DNA of 64,000 nt from a virus (lineage: Duplodnaviria > Heunggongvirae > Uroviricota > Caudoviricetes), in the IMG/VR virus record IMGVR_UViG_3300037589_000184, positions 34,523-98,522 of that record. One strand, given 5' to 3'. The translations under genes and the position numbers were made by a program. The notes under the pieces were generated by a model that was not told where the DNA came from, made no database searches, and saw only the letters and a program-made list of their open reading frames with translations. Below, in pieces: positions 37,453 through 46,700 of the stretch (the first letter of the stretch is position 1; every line of letters begins with the position of its first letter).

Positions 37453-39153
37453 ATGAAGGAACATACATACGACTGGATAAACGAGGCCTCTATGGCCTAT
37501 CTCAATGATGGTGACAAAGGATATCTCCTCCCGGGTGAGACCCCGGCACACAGATTTGAGGCCATTGCCGATACAATACAGGAGACCCTCCCCAAGAACC
37601 CCGAGTTCAAGGAAAGGTTCCTACATTACCTTGATGGTGGATATTATGCCCTGTCCACACCTTTCATCACGAGTATAGGGAGAAAATCGGCACTCCCGTT
37701 TTCCTGTAGCAACCAATATATAGGTGACTCACTCGGTGAGATTGCCTTTGCAAAGGGAGAATCCTCCATTATGACAAAGGTGGGCATGGGATGTTCCGGT
37801 TATATGGACCTTCGTGGAAAGGGGGCCAGTATCACCAACAGTTCGATACCCTCTCCCGGATCCCTTTATTTTGCAGAGGGCTTCAACCAGATAATCAAAG
37901 AGGTCAACCAAGGTGTGAGAAGGGGGTACATGGCCCTGTACTGGGATGTGGACCATCCGGACATACTTGAGGTCCTCGACATACAGAGGGACAACCACCC
38001 CATTGACAAGCTCAACTATGGTGTGTGCCTTGACAAGGATTTCCTGCAAAGGGCAAAGGACAATCCCGAGGGAAAGGAGAGGGATGTACTCTTCAAGATA
38101 CATGAATCAAGGTCCATGACAGGATTGCCCTATATATTCTTCAAGGACAATGTCAACAATGCAAGGAACGATGTATATATGGCCAATGGGTATGAGATAA
38201 AATCATCCAACCTGTGCACGGAGATACTTGAGGTCTCGAATGAGAAATATTCCTTTGTGTGTGACATTGCCGCAATGAATGCCACAAAGTTCGGGTCCGA
38301 AGGTTTTGAGGAGGCCGTCAGGATATTGGCAATGGCCCTTGACGGTCTACATACCATATTCCAGACTACCATTGAATCTTGGAGGGACAGTGAACTGAAA
38401 GAGGATAGATATAAATGGATGTTCTTGGAGAAGGCCTACAATTCCTCGAAAGATTTCAGGGACATAGGTATCGGATGTACAGGCTATCATACCCTGTTGC
38501 AACAGAAAATGATAGCATTTGAATCCATGGAGGCAAAGTTCATCAACAGTGCCCTGTTCCGTACCATACAAAAGGAGACACTTGCAGCCTCAAAGATCAT
38601 GGCAGGAATATATGGGGAACCAAAAAAACTTAGGGGCTTTGGAAGAAGGAACTGTCTGCTCAATGCAGTGGCCCCGAACACTTCCTCGGCATTTATCCTC
38701 GGACAGGTGTCACAAGGAGTGGAACCCATTTTCAGCAACCATTATATCAAGGACATTGCAGGGGGGAAACATGTGATCAAAAACCCACAGTTGGAGGAAC
38801 TGTTGGAGAGCCTTGGCCAGAATACAAGGGAAACATGGATGTCCATTGGCAAACATGATGGTTCCGTACAGCACCTTGATTTTTTGGATGACCATCAAAA
38901 GAATGTCTTTAAGACATTTCAGGAGATAAGTCCGGCAGAGATTCTTATACAGGCATCCCAGAGACAGCAGTTCATAGATCAGGGACAGTCCACCAACCTC
39001 ATGATAAACCAAGAGGTCGGGTACAAACAGATGAACGAACTGTTGTTCATGGCCTCCGATCTTGGTATCAAGACCCTATATTACCAACATGGTACCAATG
39101 CCGCACAACAATTAAAGAAGAACATCACCGAGTGTGAGAGTTGTGCAGGCTGA
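37453..39153 (+). CDS. nrdA: ribonucleotide reductase large subunit (class I NrdA-like, no ATP cone)
   Basis: Thiyl-radical loop SSNLCTEI, C-terminal YY pair (TLYYQHG) and C-terminal CESC redox pair. Start is assigned to the ATG at 37453 just after the nrdB stop. Confidence 0.85.
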   Translation: MKEHTYDWINEASMAYLNDGDKGYLLPGETPAHRFEAIADTIQETLPKNPEFKERFLHYLDGGYYALSTPFITSIGRKSALPFSCSNQYIGDSLGEIAFAKGESSIMTKVGMGCSGYMDLRGKGASITNSSIPSPGSLYFAEGFNQIIKEVNQGVRRGYMALYWDVDHPDILEVLDIQRDNHPIDKLNYGVCLDKDFLQRAKDNPEGKERDVLFKIHESRSMTGLPYIFFKDNVNNARNDVYMANGYEIKSSNLCTEILEVSNEKYSFVCDIAAMNATKFGSEGFEEAVRILAMALDGLHTIFQTTIESWRDSELKEDRYKWMFLEKAYNSSKDFRDIGIGCTGYHTLLQQKMIAFESMEAKFINSALFRTIQKETLAASKIMAGIYGEPKKLRGFGRRNCLLNAVAPNTSSAFILGQVSQGVEPIFSNHYIKDIAGGKHVIKNPQLEELLESLGQNTRETWMSIGKHDGSVQHLDFLDDHQKNVFKTFQEISPAEILIQASQRQQFIDQGQSTNLMINQEVGYKQMNELLFMASDLGIKTLYYQHGTNAAQQLKKNITECESCAG

Positions 39154-39374
39154 TGGTATATGATGATATCTTGGAAACGGCAAAGAGCTGTGCACAGATC
39201 TGCCTTATCAACATGCAGCATGAGGCAGATATCCACAGTGGATATGTACCGTTTCCAAATGGGCTGATGACAGAGAACGGGGAGTATACAAAAGAAGCAA
39301 GATTAAAGTTCAATGAAATGTTGGTACATTTCATAGCAGTTTTGGAAGAAAGTGTAAAGTAAAAGAAAGAACAG

Positions 39375-39839
39375 ATGAGCAATAAAGTACAGGTCAAGGT
39401 CGGAAACTATGAGAACCTTGAGGATTTTTGCAATGTGGATACCATGGACTGCATATTGCCGGTAAAGGTGAAGCATCTTGTATCGGCATACAAGGGATCG
39501 AGTGAGATGCCCGAAGACAAAAGGAACAAGATGGCCAAGGGATTTTCCGAGAGGGGCTATATCAAGATAAGGGAACAGGAGAGACTCTTGTTCTCAACCG
39601 GTATGTACCTTGAAATACCAAAAGGTGTAAAGGGCCATATCAATACCCATCCAAACATTTCCATATTCAAGGGACTCAGGGTAGTGGGTCCCGAACTGAT
39701 AGTGTCAGGAAATGGTGAGTTACAAGTACTGGTGCACAACGACAGTCTGCACCTGTCCCAGATAGATATGGACGAGGTCCTTGCAATGGTTACCTTTAGT
39801 CCGGTGATGAACCTTGACTTTTCAATCAAAGAGCCATGA
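39375..39839 (+). CDS. dUTPase-fold (beta-barrel) protein with degenerate catalytic motifs
   Basis: Overall pattern L.STG.YLEIP.GV.G.....-....KGL.V...-IVSG.GELQVLVHN...L.....D..L.MV follows trimeric dUTPase topology. The RSG, GxIDxDYRG and C-terminal RGxxGFGS motifs are absent. Confidence 0.3.
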   Translation: MSNKVQVKVGNYENLEDFCNVDTMDCILPVKVKHLVSAYKGSSEMPEDKRNKMAKGFSERGYIKIREQERLLFSTGMYLEIPKGVKGHINTHPNISIFKGLRVVGPELIVSGNGELQVLVHNDSLHLSQIDMDEVLAMVTFSPVMNLDFSIKEP

Positions 39840-40333
39840 TGTTTTCAGAGGACAGGGAATTTGCAGCAAGATTGAAAGCCTTTTTATCCTTGGAGGACGG
39901 AGTTTACAGAAGGTCTGGTAGAACTACGTTATTGGCAAGGATATTTGTGGAAATAGCATTGGAGACAGGAAGGGAGATAAATGTCTTTGACCACTACATA
40001 GCCTTTGGGAATGAACAGAGAAAAGTACATGAGATGCTCAGGGCATGTGAAAGATACTGGATGGAATTGAAAGAGCATACCCCTTATATGAAACTGATGG
40101 TAGACCCAAAAAGGGGAACCATTAAGTTTGCACAGCTACAGCCACACCCTGTTGTCCCTCCTTATTATCTGAGGAACAGAATAGAGCCTAGGGGACATGT
40201 TATGGAAATGGTGCCCAAGACAGTCTTTGCTCCCTATGATGAGACTGCCGGTATATTTCCAATCAAGGAACTGAAAGAGCAGTTGAAAAAACTGGAATCA
40301 AATAACAAAAAACTATTATTGATATGTTGTTGA
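39836..40333 (+). CDS. hypothetical protein
   Basis: 165-aa ORF. Confidence 0.3.
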   Translation: MMFSEDREFAARLKAFLSLEDGVYRRSGRTTLLARIFVEIALETGREINVFDHYIAFGNEQRKVHEMLRACERYWMELKEHTPYMKLMVDPKRGTIKFAQLQPHPVVPPYYLRNRIEPRGHVMEMVPKTVFAPYDETAGIFPIKELKEQLKKLESNNKKLLLICC

Positions 40334-41034
40334 ACAAAAATCTTATGTGGGTCTTGGGGACCATTTTAGTGTTTTCCCTGATTTCAAATGGCCTATTGAT
40401 AAAGGATGCCTATGATAGGGAAGATGTCATAGAGGGGCTTGGAAAAGAACTCAAGGTCTATAGGAACAAGGATGGCCAACAGGTTGCAAGGATAGAGTAC
40501 CTTGAGCAGAAGGACCTGAAAGCTCTGTTGGACATCAAGACCAAGGATGCACAAGTGGTCGAAATGCAACAGCTTGTCGAAAAGTACAGGAAGGAACTCA
40601 AGAAAGGTGGCACTGCCACTATCATAGAGGGGACTACAAAAGTAGATACTGTCACCACAGAGGTGATAGTCAAAGGTGACAGTATTTTCCCCACCTATAT
40701 AGGGGGCATAGACCTTGGGGAGTGGGTAATGGCACGGATAGAGGCCAATAGGGACTCCATTTCACTGGATCTTGACATCAGGAACAAATATTCCGTGGTG
40801 TTCGGTAAAGAAAAGACAGGTTTTCTTGGTCTAGGTAAAAGGAAGCCGTTTGCAGAAGTCACCAACCATAACCCATATTCGGAGACCAGTATGATCAAAA
40901 CATACTCCGTGACCCCTCCACGACCATCTAGGTGGGGAGTGGGGCCGTTAGTAGGCTATGGACTGACAGCAGGAGAAGAAGACCCGGGACTAATTCTGGG
41001 TGTGGGATTAAGTTATCATCTTTTTAAATTTTAA
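40324..41034 (+). CDS. membrane-anchored hypothetical protein
   Basis: N-terminal TM helix LMWVLGTILVFSLISNGLLI. 236 aa. Confidence 0.35.
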   Translation: MLLNKNLMWVLGTILVFSLISNGLLIKDAYDREDVIEGLGKELKVYRNKDGQQVARIEYLEQKDLKALLDIKTKDAQVVEMQQLVEKYRKELKKGGTATIIEGTTKVDTVTTEVIVKGDSIFPTYIGGIDLGEWVMARIEANRDSISLDLDIRNKYSVVFGKEKTGFLGLGKRKPFAEVTNHNPYSETSMIKTYSVTPPRPSRWGVGPLVGYGLTAGEEDPGLILGVGLSYHLFKF

Positions 41035-41036
41035 AT

Positions 41037-41498
41037 ATGGACTTTAAAGAACTTAGAAAACAATTGATCATCTTGGACAATACAACCGAGATGTTGTATC
41101 CCAGTGATGAAATGATGTTGGTCCAAATGTACATCAAGGAAGCATCAATGCTGTCCGGAAAGATGTTGGGGGCATTGGGGATTTCCCCTTCCCCATATAT
41201 CAACGATGGGAACAGGGTAGGTACAAAGGATATTGAACCAAAGGTGGATGATACACAGGAGACACTTCCTCCCACCACAATCTCAAAAGGTACCGTGGGA
41301 ATTGTGGACACTATGAGGGAAATGCTCAAAAAGCAGTTCGAGGAACTTGTGGAATGGGAACTCCATGCTGTACGTGGTGATGTGGACAATTATGAACGTG
41401 ACCTCATCCTCAACAACATAAGCTCAAGACTTGTGCTTGCAAGGTTATGGTTGGGGGCCGAACTCGGTAGAATCAGGAAAGAGGCTGTAGGGGATTAA
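41037..41498 (+). CDS. hypothetical protein
   Basis: 153-aa ORF. Confidence 0.35.
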   Translation: MDFKELRKQLIILDNTTEMLYPSDEMMLVQMYIKEASMLSGKMLGALGISPSPYINDGNRVGTKDIEPKVDDTQETLPPTTISKGTVGIVDTMREMLKKQFEELVEWELHAVRGDVDNYERDLILNNISSRLVLARLWLGAELGRIRKEAVGD

Positions 41499-41516
41499 AA
41501 ATTTTTTTGTAATTTA

Positions 41517-41588
41517 GGCCCGTTAGCTCAGTGGCTAGAGCAATGGTCTCTAAAACCGTGGTCATGGGTTCAATTCCCATACGGGCCT
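41517..41588 (+). tRNA. tRNA with anticodon CUA (amber/UAG suppressor tRNA); amino-acid identity undetermined
   Basis: Full cloverleaf: acceptor GGCCCGT/ACGGGCC, U8, D-stem GCTC/GAGC with an AGTGGCTA loop, anticodon stem ATGGT/ACCGT, loop C-U-CUA-A-A (U33, anticodon CUA, A37), 4-nt variable loop, T-stem ATGGG/CCCAT with loop TTCAATT, and discriminator U. Confidence 0.85.
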
Positions 41589-41661
41589 CTTAACATTAAT
41601 TAATTGTATTATGAAAAAAGATACAGAATACTAGGTAAACAAAGGGGACTTTATCACAGTA

Positions 41662-41964
41662 GTGGTAAAGGAACACCTCACACCGGGCCAAAAAGTGGTC
41701 CAGACCTCACATGCACTTGCTGACTTTGCAGTGCAGTTTCCGCAAGAATTTACATCATGGCAGAGCAGTTCCAACTATCTATGTTGTCTGGAACAGCCTG
41801 ATTTTAAGTTTGATAGGCTCATAGATCTTCTTGAGCTGTTAGAGATCAAGTATTCCGTCTTCTACGAACCTGACATTGACCAAAATACTGCCGTTGCAGT
41901 AGGACCATTGAACAGGACAGAACACAGAAAAATCTTTAAAAATTTTAAACTTACATTATCATGA
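41662..41964 (+). CDS. peptidyl-tRNA hydrolase, PTH2 family
   Basis: PGQKVVQTSHALADFA matches the PTH2 GK[IV]AAQ.SHA motif. C-terminus NTAVAVGPL matches the T[VI]L.IGP motif. The track start is a GTG, and an in-frame TAG at 41632 limits any N-terminal extension. Confidence 0.55.
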   Translation: MVKEHLTPGQKVVQTSHALADFAVQFPQEFTSWQSSSNYLCCLEQPDFKFDRLIDLLELLEIKYSVFYEPDIDQNTAVAVGPLNRTEHRKIFKNFKLTLS

Positions 41965-42245
41965 AAAAATTCGAATTGATCAGAACGGAGGTAAAAAGAG
42001 TGGCAGAACAACAGAGACCACTCAAGTTGCAAAGGAAGACCAAGACCTTTAAAGGAAAAAGGGAGGTCGAGGCACCAAGGGCGGCATGGCTCGTAAAGGA
42101 CAACAAAACCTATTTGATGCATCTTTACCATGCCTATGCAAAGATGAGGGGAATCGAGCTTGAGGCCCCGAAGAAAAAAGGGCTTTCAGCCGATATGGTA
42201 AGAAAGCTCATGGAGAAATTTGCTCCGAAGGTAGAAACAGTTTAA
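41961..42245 (+). CDS. hypothetical basic protein
   Basis: 94-aa ORF. Confidence 0.3.
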   Translation: MKKFELIRTEVKRVAEQQRPLKLQRKTKTFKGKREVEAPRAAWLVKDNKTYLMHLYHAYAKMRGIELEAPKKKGLSADMVRKLMEKFAPKVETV

Positions 42246-42268
42246 CCGGAACAATAGTGTTCCACAGA

Positions 42269-42308
42269 CGGGCCAAGGGAATTTACGGGACCTTGGCCCG
42301 TTCTTTTT
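42269..42308 (+). terminator. rho-independent terminator hairpin
   Basis: 10-bp stem CGGGCCAAGG/CCTTGGCCCG followed by TTCTTTTT. Confidence 0.5.
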
Positions 42309-42323
42309 AATGAACAATGTTAC

Positions 42324-42869
42324 ATGGGACAGCTTAGAGAATTCCTAGAGTACATCTTCAAGATCTTTAAGATCTGGGTGATAGTACAGCCTTGGGAGCA
42401 AGCCTTGATAGTAAGGTATGGAAAGAGAATCAGAAAGAAAGAGGGGGGAATCTATTTCAAGCTTCCCTATCTCGACAGTGTATATGTACAGGAGGTCAGG
42501 TTAAGGGTGGTCGAGATGCCCATACAGACCTTGACCTTAAAGGACAAGAACACTGTTACCCTCAGAGGATCCTTGGGATATAGGATAACCGATCTGGAAA
42601 AATTGTACAATACCCTTTACCACCCGGAAAAGACCGTACAGAACATTCTTATGGCCAATATTGCAGAAGTGATATATGGTATGGATGTGAAGGACATTTC
42701 CCCAAAGATATTGGAGGAAAAGATGACAAAGGTACTTGAGGACACTGACTATGGGTTAAAGTTCGAGTACTGTAAGATAACCGATTTTGCAATCGTGAAG
42801 ACCTTTAGGCTCATACAGGACCAAAGTTGGTTGAGTGAAGAAATTGACATTGAGAAAAAACGTGAATAA
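42324..42869 (+). CDS. SPFH/band-7 (stomatin/HflC-like) domain protein
   Basis: VIVQPWEQALIVRYGKRIRKKEGGIYFKLPYLDSVYVQEVRLRVVEMPIQTLTLKDKNTVTLRGSLGYRITD follows the SPFH consensus (V.EGE.AVV.RFGK...G.HF.IP.ID.V..VD.R.Q...TKD...V.VD..V.YRI.D). Confidence 0.5.
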   Translation: MGQLREFLEYIFKIFKIWVIVQPWEQALIVRYGKRIRKKEGGIYFKLPYLDSVYVQEVRLRVVEMPIQTLTLKDKNTVTLRGSLGYRITDLEKLYNTLYHPEKTVQNILMANIAEVIYGMDVKDISPKILEEKMTKVLEDTDYGLKFEYCKITDFAIVKTFRLIQDQSWLSEEIDIEKKRE

Positions 42870-43132
42870 TGAGAGTAGAAACTATAAAACAGGTACTCAA
42901 AAAGCTGATTGGTCCCATAACACCTGTAGCAGATGCTACTATAGATTCAGAAAGAGGAGAAAATATGGACACTTTTATTACATTGTTTCATGATATGTAC
43001 AGGGACTTAGAGTACATAGCAAGAGAAAAAGAAAAAAGTATCTATGCATCTGAAAAAAGGTTGGGGCAAAAAGCTAGAAGAGCTTTGGATCTTATAAAGG
43101 AAAGTTTTGAAAATTCTGAACAAGGCTTATAA
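42869..43132 (+). CDS. hypothetical protein
   Basis: 87-aa ORF. Confidence 0.3.
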   Translation: MRVETIKQVLKKLIGPITPVADATIDSERGENMDTFITLFHDMYRDLEYIAREKEKSIYASEKRLGQKARRALDLIKESFENSEQGL

Positions 43133-43533
43133 TGGGAATACTTAAAAAGAAAATCATCTATGGATGCGAGGAACGTGGGGATTTTGACAGTCCGTACCTG
43201 ACAAGGTATTATCTGATCAACACGGAGAGACTTCGATTGTGCCTACATATTTTCCATAGATTCGATGCGGATGATCTCCATGACCATCCTTGGAACTTTG
43301 TTACCTTTATCCTATGGAGAGGTTATATAGAACATACCCCGAAAGGAAAAAGAAGGGTGTGGCCATTGTTCCTGTTGTATAGAAAGGCAACACACCGACA
43401 CAGAGTGGAACTGGTGAATGGCAAGAAGGCTGTGACCCTTGTGTTGATGGGCAAGTATGTAAGGGACTGGGGCTTTATCACCAAGAAGGGGTGGAAACAG
43501 TGGCAAGAATATTTTCGTGAACTGGGGTGTTGA
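43132..43533 (+). CDS. hypothetical protein (His-rich HxxxDxxxHDHPW motif)
   Basis: 133-aa ORF. A possible metal-binding motif is noted, but no fold is assigned. Confidence 0.3.
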   Translation: MGILKKKIIYGCEERGDFDSPYLTRYYLINTERLRLCLHIFHRFDADDLHDHPWNFVTFILWRGYIEHTPKGKRRVWPLFLLYRKATHRHRVELVNGKKAVTLVLMGKYVRDWGFITKKGWKQWQEYFRELGC

Positions 43534-43728
43534 TTATGATGATAGGAAAATATTATCCTTTATTCACTTCCATAGGATGGGTAGCAGGATACAAATATGT
43601 AAGTAAGATCACAGGGAAGAAGACAGAAAAAATGTTCCGGGATTTTTTGGGAGATGTCCTTATCTTTGATTCAGAGGAAACAGCCATTGAATGGTGCAGC
43701 GCAAAAAATATTATTGATGAACAGTTAT

Positions 43729-43757
43729 AAGGTAGGTTTCGGCCTACCTTTTTTTAA
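43729..43757. terminator. bidirectional rho-independent terminator between convergent blocks
   Basis: AAGGTAGG-TTTCGG-CCTACCTT flanked by an A-tract and TTTTTT. It overlaps the stops of the last + gene (43730) and of the 1549-aa - gene (43754). Confidence 0.55.
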
Positions 43758-46700
43758 TCGCTACCAATATATTGCTGCTCGTCATCGTATAGGTACCTTG
43801 CAGGATATGGGGCAGTTGCATTTATCTCCTTGTTGATGAGCTTTGTGATCACGGCATCAAGTTCCTTTTGTGTGGGGATGTCCTGATTGTCGTAATCAAA
43901 TTCCGATTTCCAATATTCCAACAGTTTTGACCTCTCTATGCTCCTGTCCACCCTTGCTTTCTTTCTGTCCTTCTTATAGTCCGTGAAGAACCAAGAATCC
44001 ATGTTCTCATTGGGATCGAACTCCCTTTCCAACATCCTCTCGAAACCAAGTGAACCCTGTCCTATGGAGGGCACGAATGTCCTTTGCAGTTCATTGAGCA
44101 ACCTTGATTCCCCTGCATTTGGCCCGGTGGAAATCTCATCAAGTCCCTGTGATGCCTTATTGATGGCACCACTGATTCCCTTTATCCTTTCCAACCAAGT
44201 CATAAGTGAAGTGGTGGTCATGGAATTGTACATTGCATCCGGGTTCATGTACAGGGTGACATCATTGAGTGTCTTGCTGATCTGGTTCTCCATAAGGTTG
44301 TAGAACTGTTTCTCCTGCTCTGTCCTTGAGTTTTTTCCAAGATATGGATTGGGCACCCCTTTTGCCAAGGTCTTCGGCTCCTCGTCATCATTTGGCCCGA
44401 AGGAGGCCTTTATGATGATCTTTGCAAGGGCAAGCCCCAATAGTACCGAGATTTCGGTCACCAGTGACTGTAGGTTCTGCCTTTCGGCCTCCGATACCTG
44501 TAACCTGTCAAATTGGTGGGCCTTTACGATATCCTTGCCCGTGATGGTGTTGATGGGGAGGCCTATCATTTTTTTCAGGATTGCAATACCTGCATCCGCA
44601 AGCTGTTCTGCAATGAGGAGTTCCTCCCCTCCTGCCCTTGCCTTCCTGTTCAGGTATACATTTCCTGCAATTGCCCCCAGTGCAAGTGCACCTCCCATTC
44701 CCACTCCGAGTCCCATCACACCTGCTGCCATGAATCCTGTCGTGAACAGTGCAGTGGATGCAGTGGATGTCTTGGGAGAGGTGTAGGCACCTGTATAGAT
44801 ACCATCAAAATTCTCCTTGTCAAGTGCAAGGTCCCTTTGGCCATAGGCAAATCTTTGCCAGATCTGGTTGGGGAGCCAAGTCTTAAAGGTCATTACTGTC
44901 TTTCCAAGATTACTGGACTTTATGTACGTGGAACCTGTACGTGAGTAGTCCCCGTTGAGGATGGCTATCATCTCACTTATCCTCGATTTTATATCAGCGG
45001 ACCTATCATTTGAAAAGTCCTGCCAAGTTGCCCTGTTATCAGGGGTATCGAATTCCGGTTTTAGGACTATTTCCCCGTTCTCATCTATTCTATGTGCAGG
45101 GAATGATGTCCCATCGAACACTGGAACTTGGTTTCCATCCTTGTCAATGACCCTCTCGTCCATCAACATGGACAATATCTGTGGGGTCTGGTTATGCCAT
45201 TCCGTATACTCTGTAAGGTAGAATGGATTGAGCTTCTTCACTGTTCCCGTAAATCCGGAATCGTTCCTTGCCCTGTCGATCTCATTGGTGGCATCCTGTA
45301 TGATGTTGAGCTTGTCGATGAAGAGCCTTGTCTTCTTGATCTCGTTCTTGTACTTGTTGTTCCCGGGGATATGTCGTAATCCCTTCTTGTTTATAAAGGA
45401 GTTGGACACTGTAAAGTTCCCTGCCGTCCAATACTTGCCGGTATCATTGATGGCACCGGAGTACCAACCTTGGAACCTGTTGGTAATGTTGGAAGGGATG
45501 TTCCAAGCAAGTCCCACGAATATCCTGAACTTGTTGAACACTGCATTGTACATCTCGGCAAGTGTATAGTTCTTTCCAAGATTCGCAATGGTGTCGTCCA
45601 CTTCAAAGAGTTCGGTCTCATACCTGTCCCTTTGTTGCTCGGTGATCTCACTGCTCTCCAATAGTGAGGACAGCCTTTTCTTTTCCTCCTGTGCCGCTTT
45701 CAGGTATTCCTTCTCGTTTTTGTCATAGAACTTTCCGAATGTGACCCAGTATTCCTTGTCCTCAAGGTTCATCACATTTTTGTTGAACCAGTGGTCCATT
45801 CTTTTATTGGCCCTCATCCTCTTGTCCTGTATCCCGTTCTCCCTAGACCTTGACCTGATGGAATTGGCAATCTTGCTCACCGGATCAAAGCTGTTCTTCT
45901 TTTCAAGACGGATGTTCTCGTACAGGTTCTTGAAGACGGATATCTTTGGCAATGAATCCCTTTGTGATTTGTACTCGGACACCATGTCCAGATAGGCCCT
46001 GATGATCACGGGAAGGTTGAATGACTGCTCCATGGCCACATCATGGGTGACCTCCTCCCTCAATTTATCCAACACCTTTCTTGGTATAGGTTTGTTACCA
46101 TATTCCTGTTTCAGTTTCAGGAGTTCGGTCTTATAGCGAAGACCTACCCTATCCTGTATGTGCTGTATGTTCGAGTTGTTGATATCCTCTATATCACTGG
46201 CCTTGATGTCCCTTATCCTAGTGGAGAAAAGGTTGCCTATGGTCTCCCTTGTATTGGACAACAGTGTGGAGAATTTCGAGGCAGTGCCCATTTCCTTGTC
46301 CAACAGGATATCCGTGGTGAACTTCTGCATGTACGGCAAAGAACTGTGCACCAGTTTTTTAGAGGCATCACTCAAGGTCATGTTCATAAAGGTGACACTA
46401 TCATTGAGGATTTCCCAAAATTCCAATAGATCTTGGTCCTCCTTTATCTGGTTGAAATTGGGATCAAAATATCCACTGTCACTGCTTGTCCTGTTCCCTG
46501 AATTGAAGTCCACCTTTTCAACCGTGGACTTTGGGTAGAACACATTGTACTTTAGGTGTGACTGATATTGGTTGCCCGTGTTGCCTATGGTATAGTCCAC
46601 CCTTCCCTGTTGTCCCCTTTTATGGGAGGACAGGAACTCAAAGGGGCTGTTCCTCATCAATGTGATGTTGAGGGAGTGCTGTACATTATCAGGGAGGTCG

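Noticed and set aside
39375-39839. Functional dUTPase
   Set aside because: All five catalytic motifs are missing, so only the fold is called.
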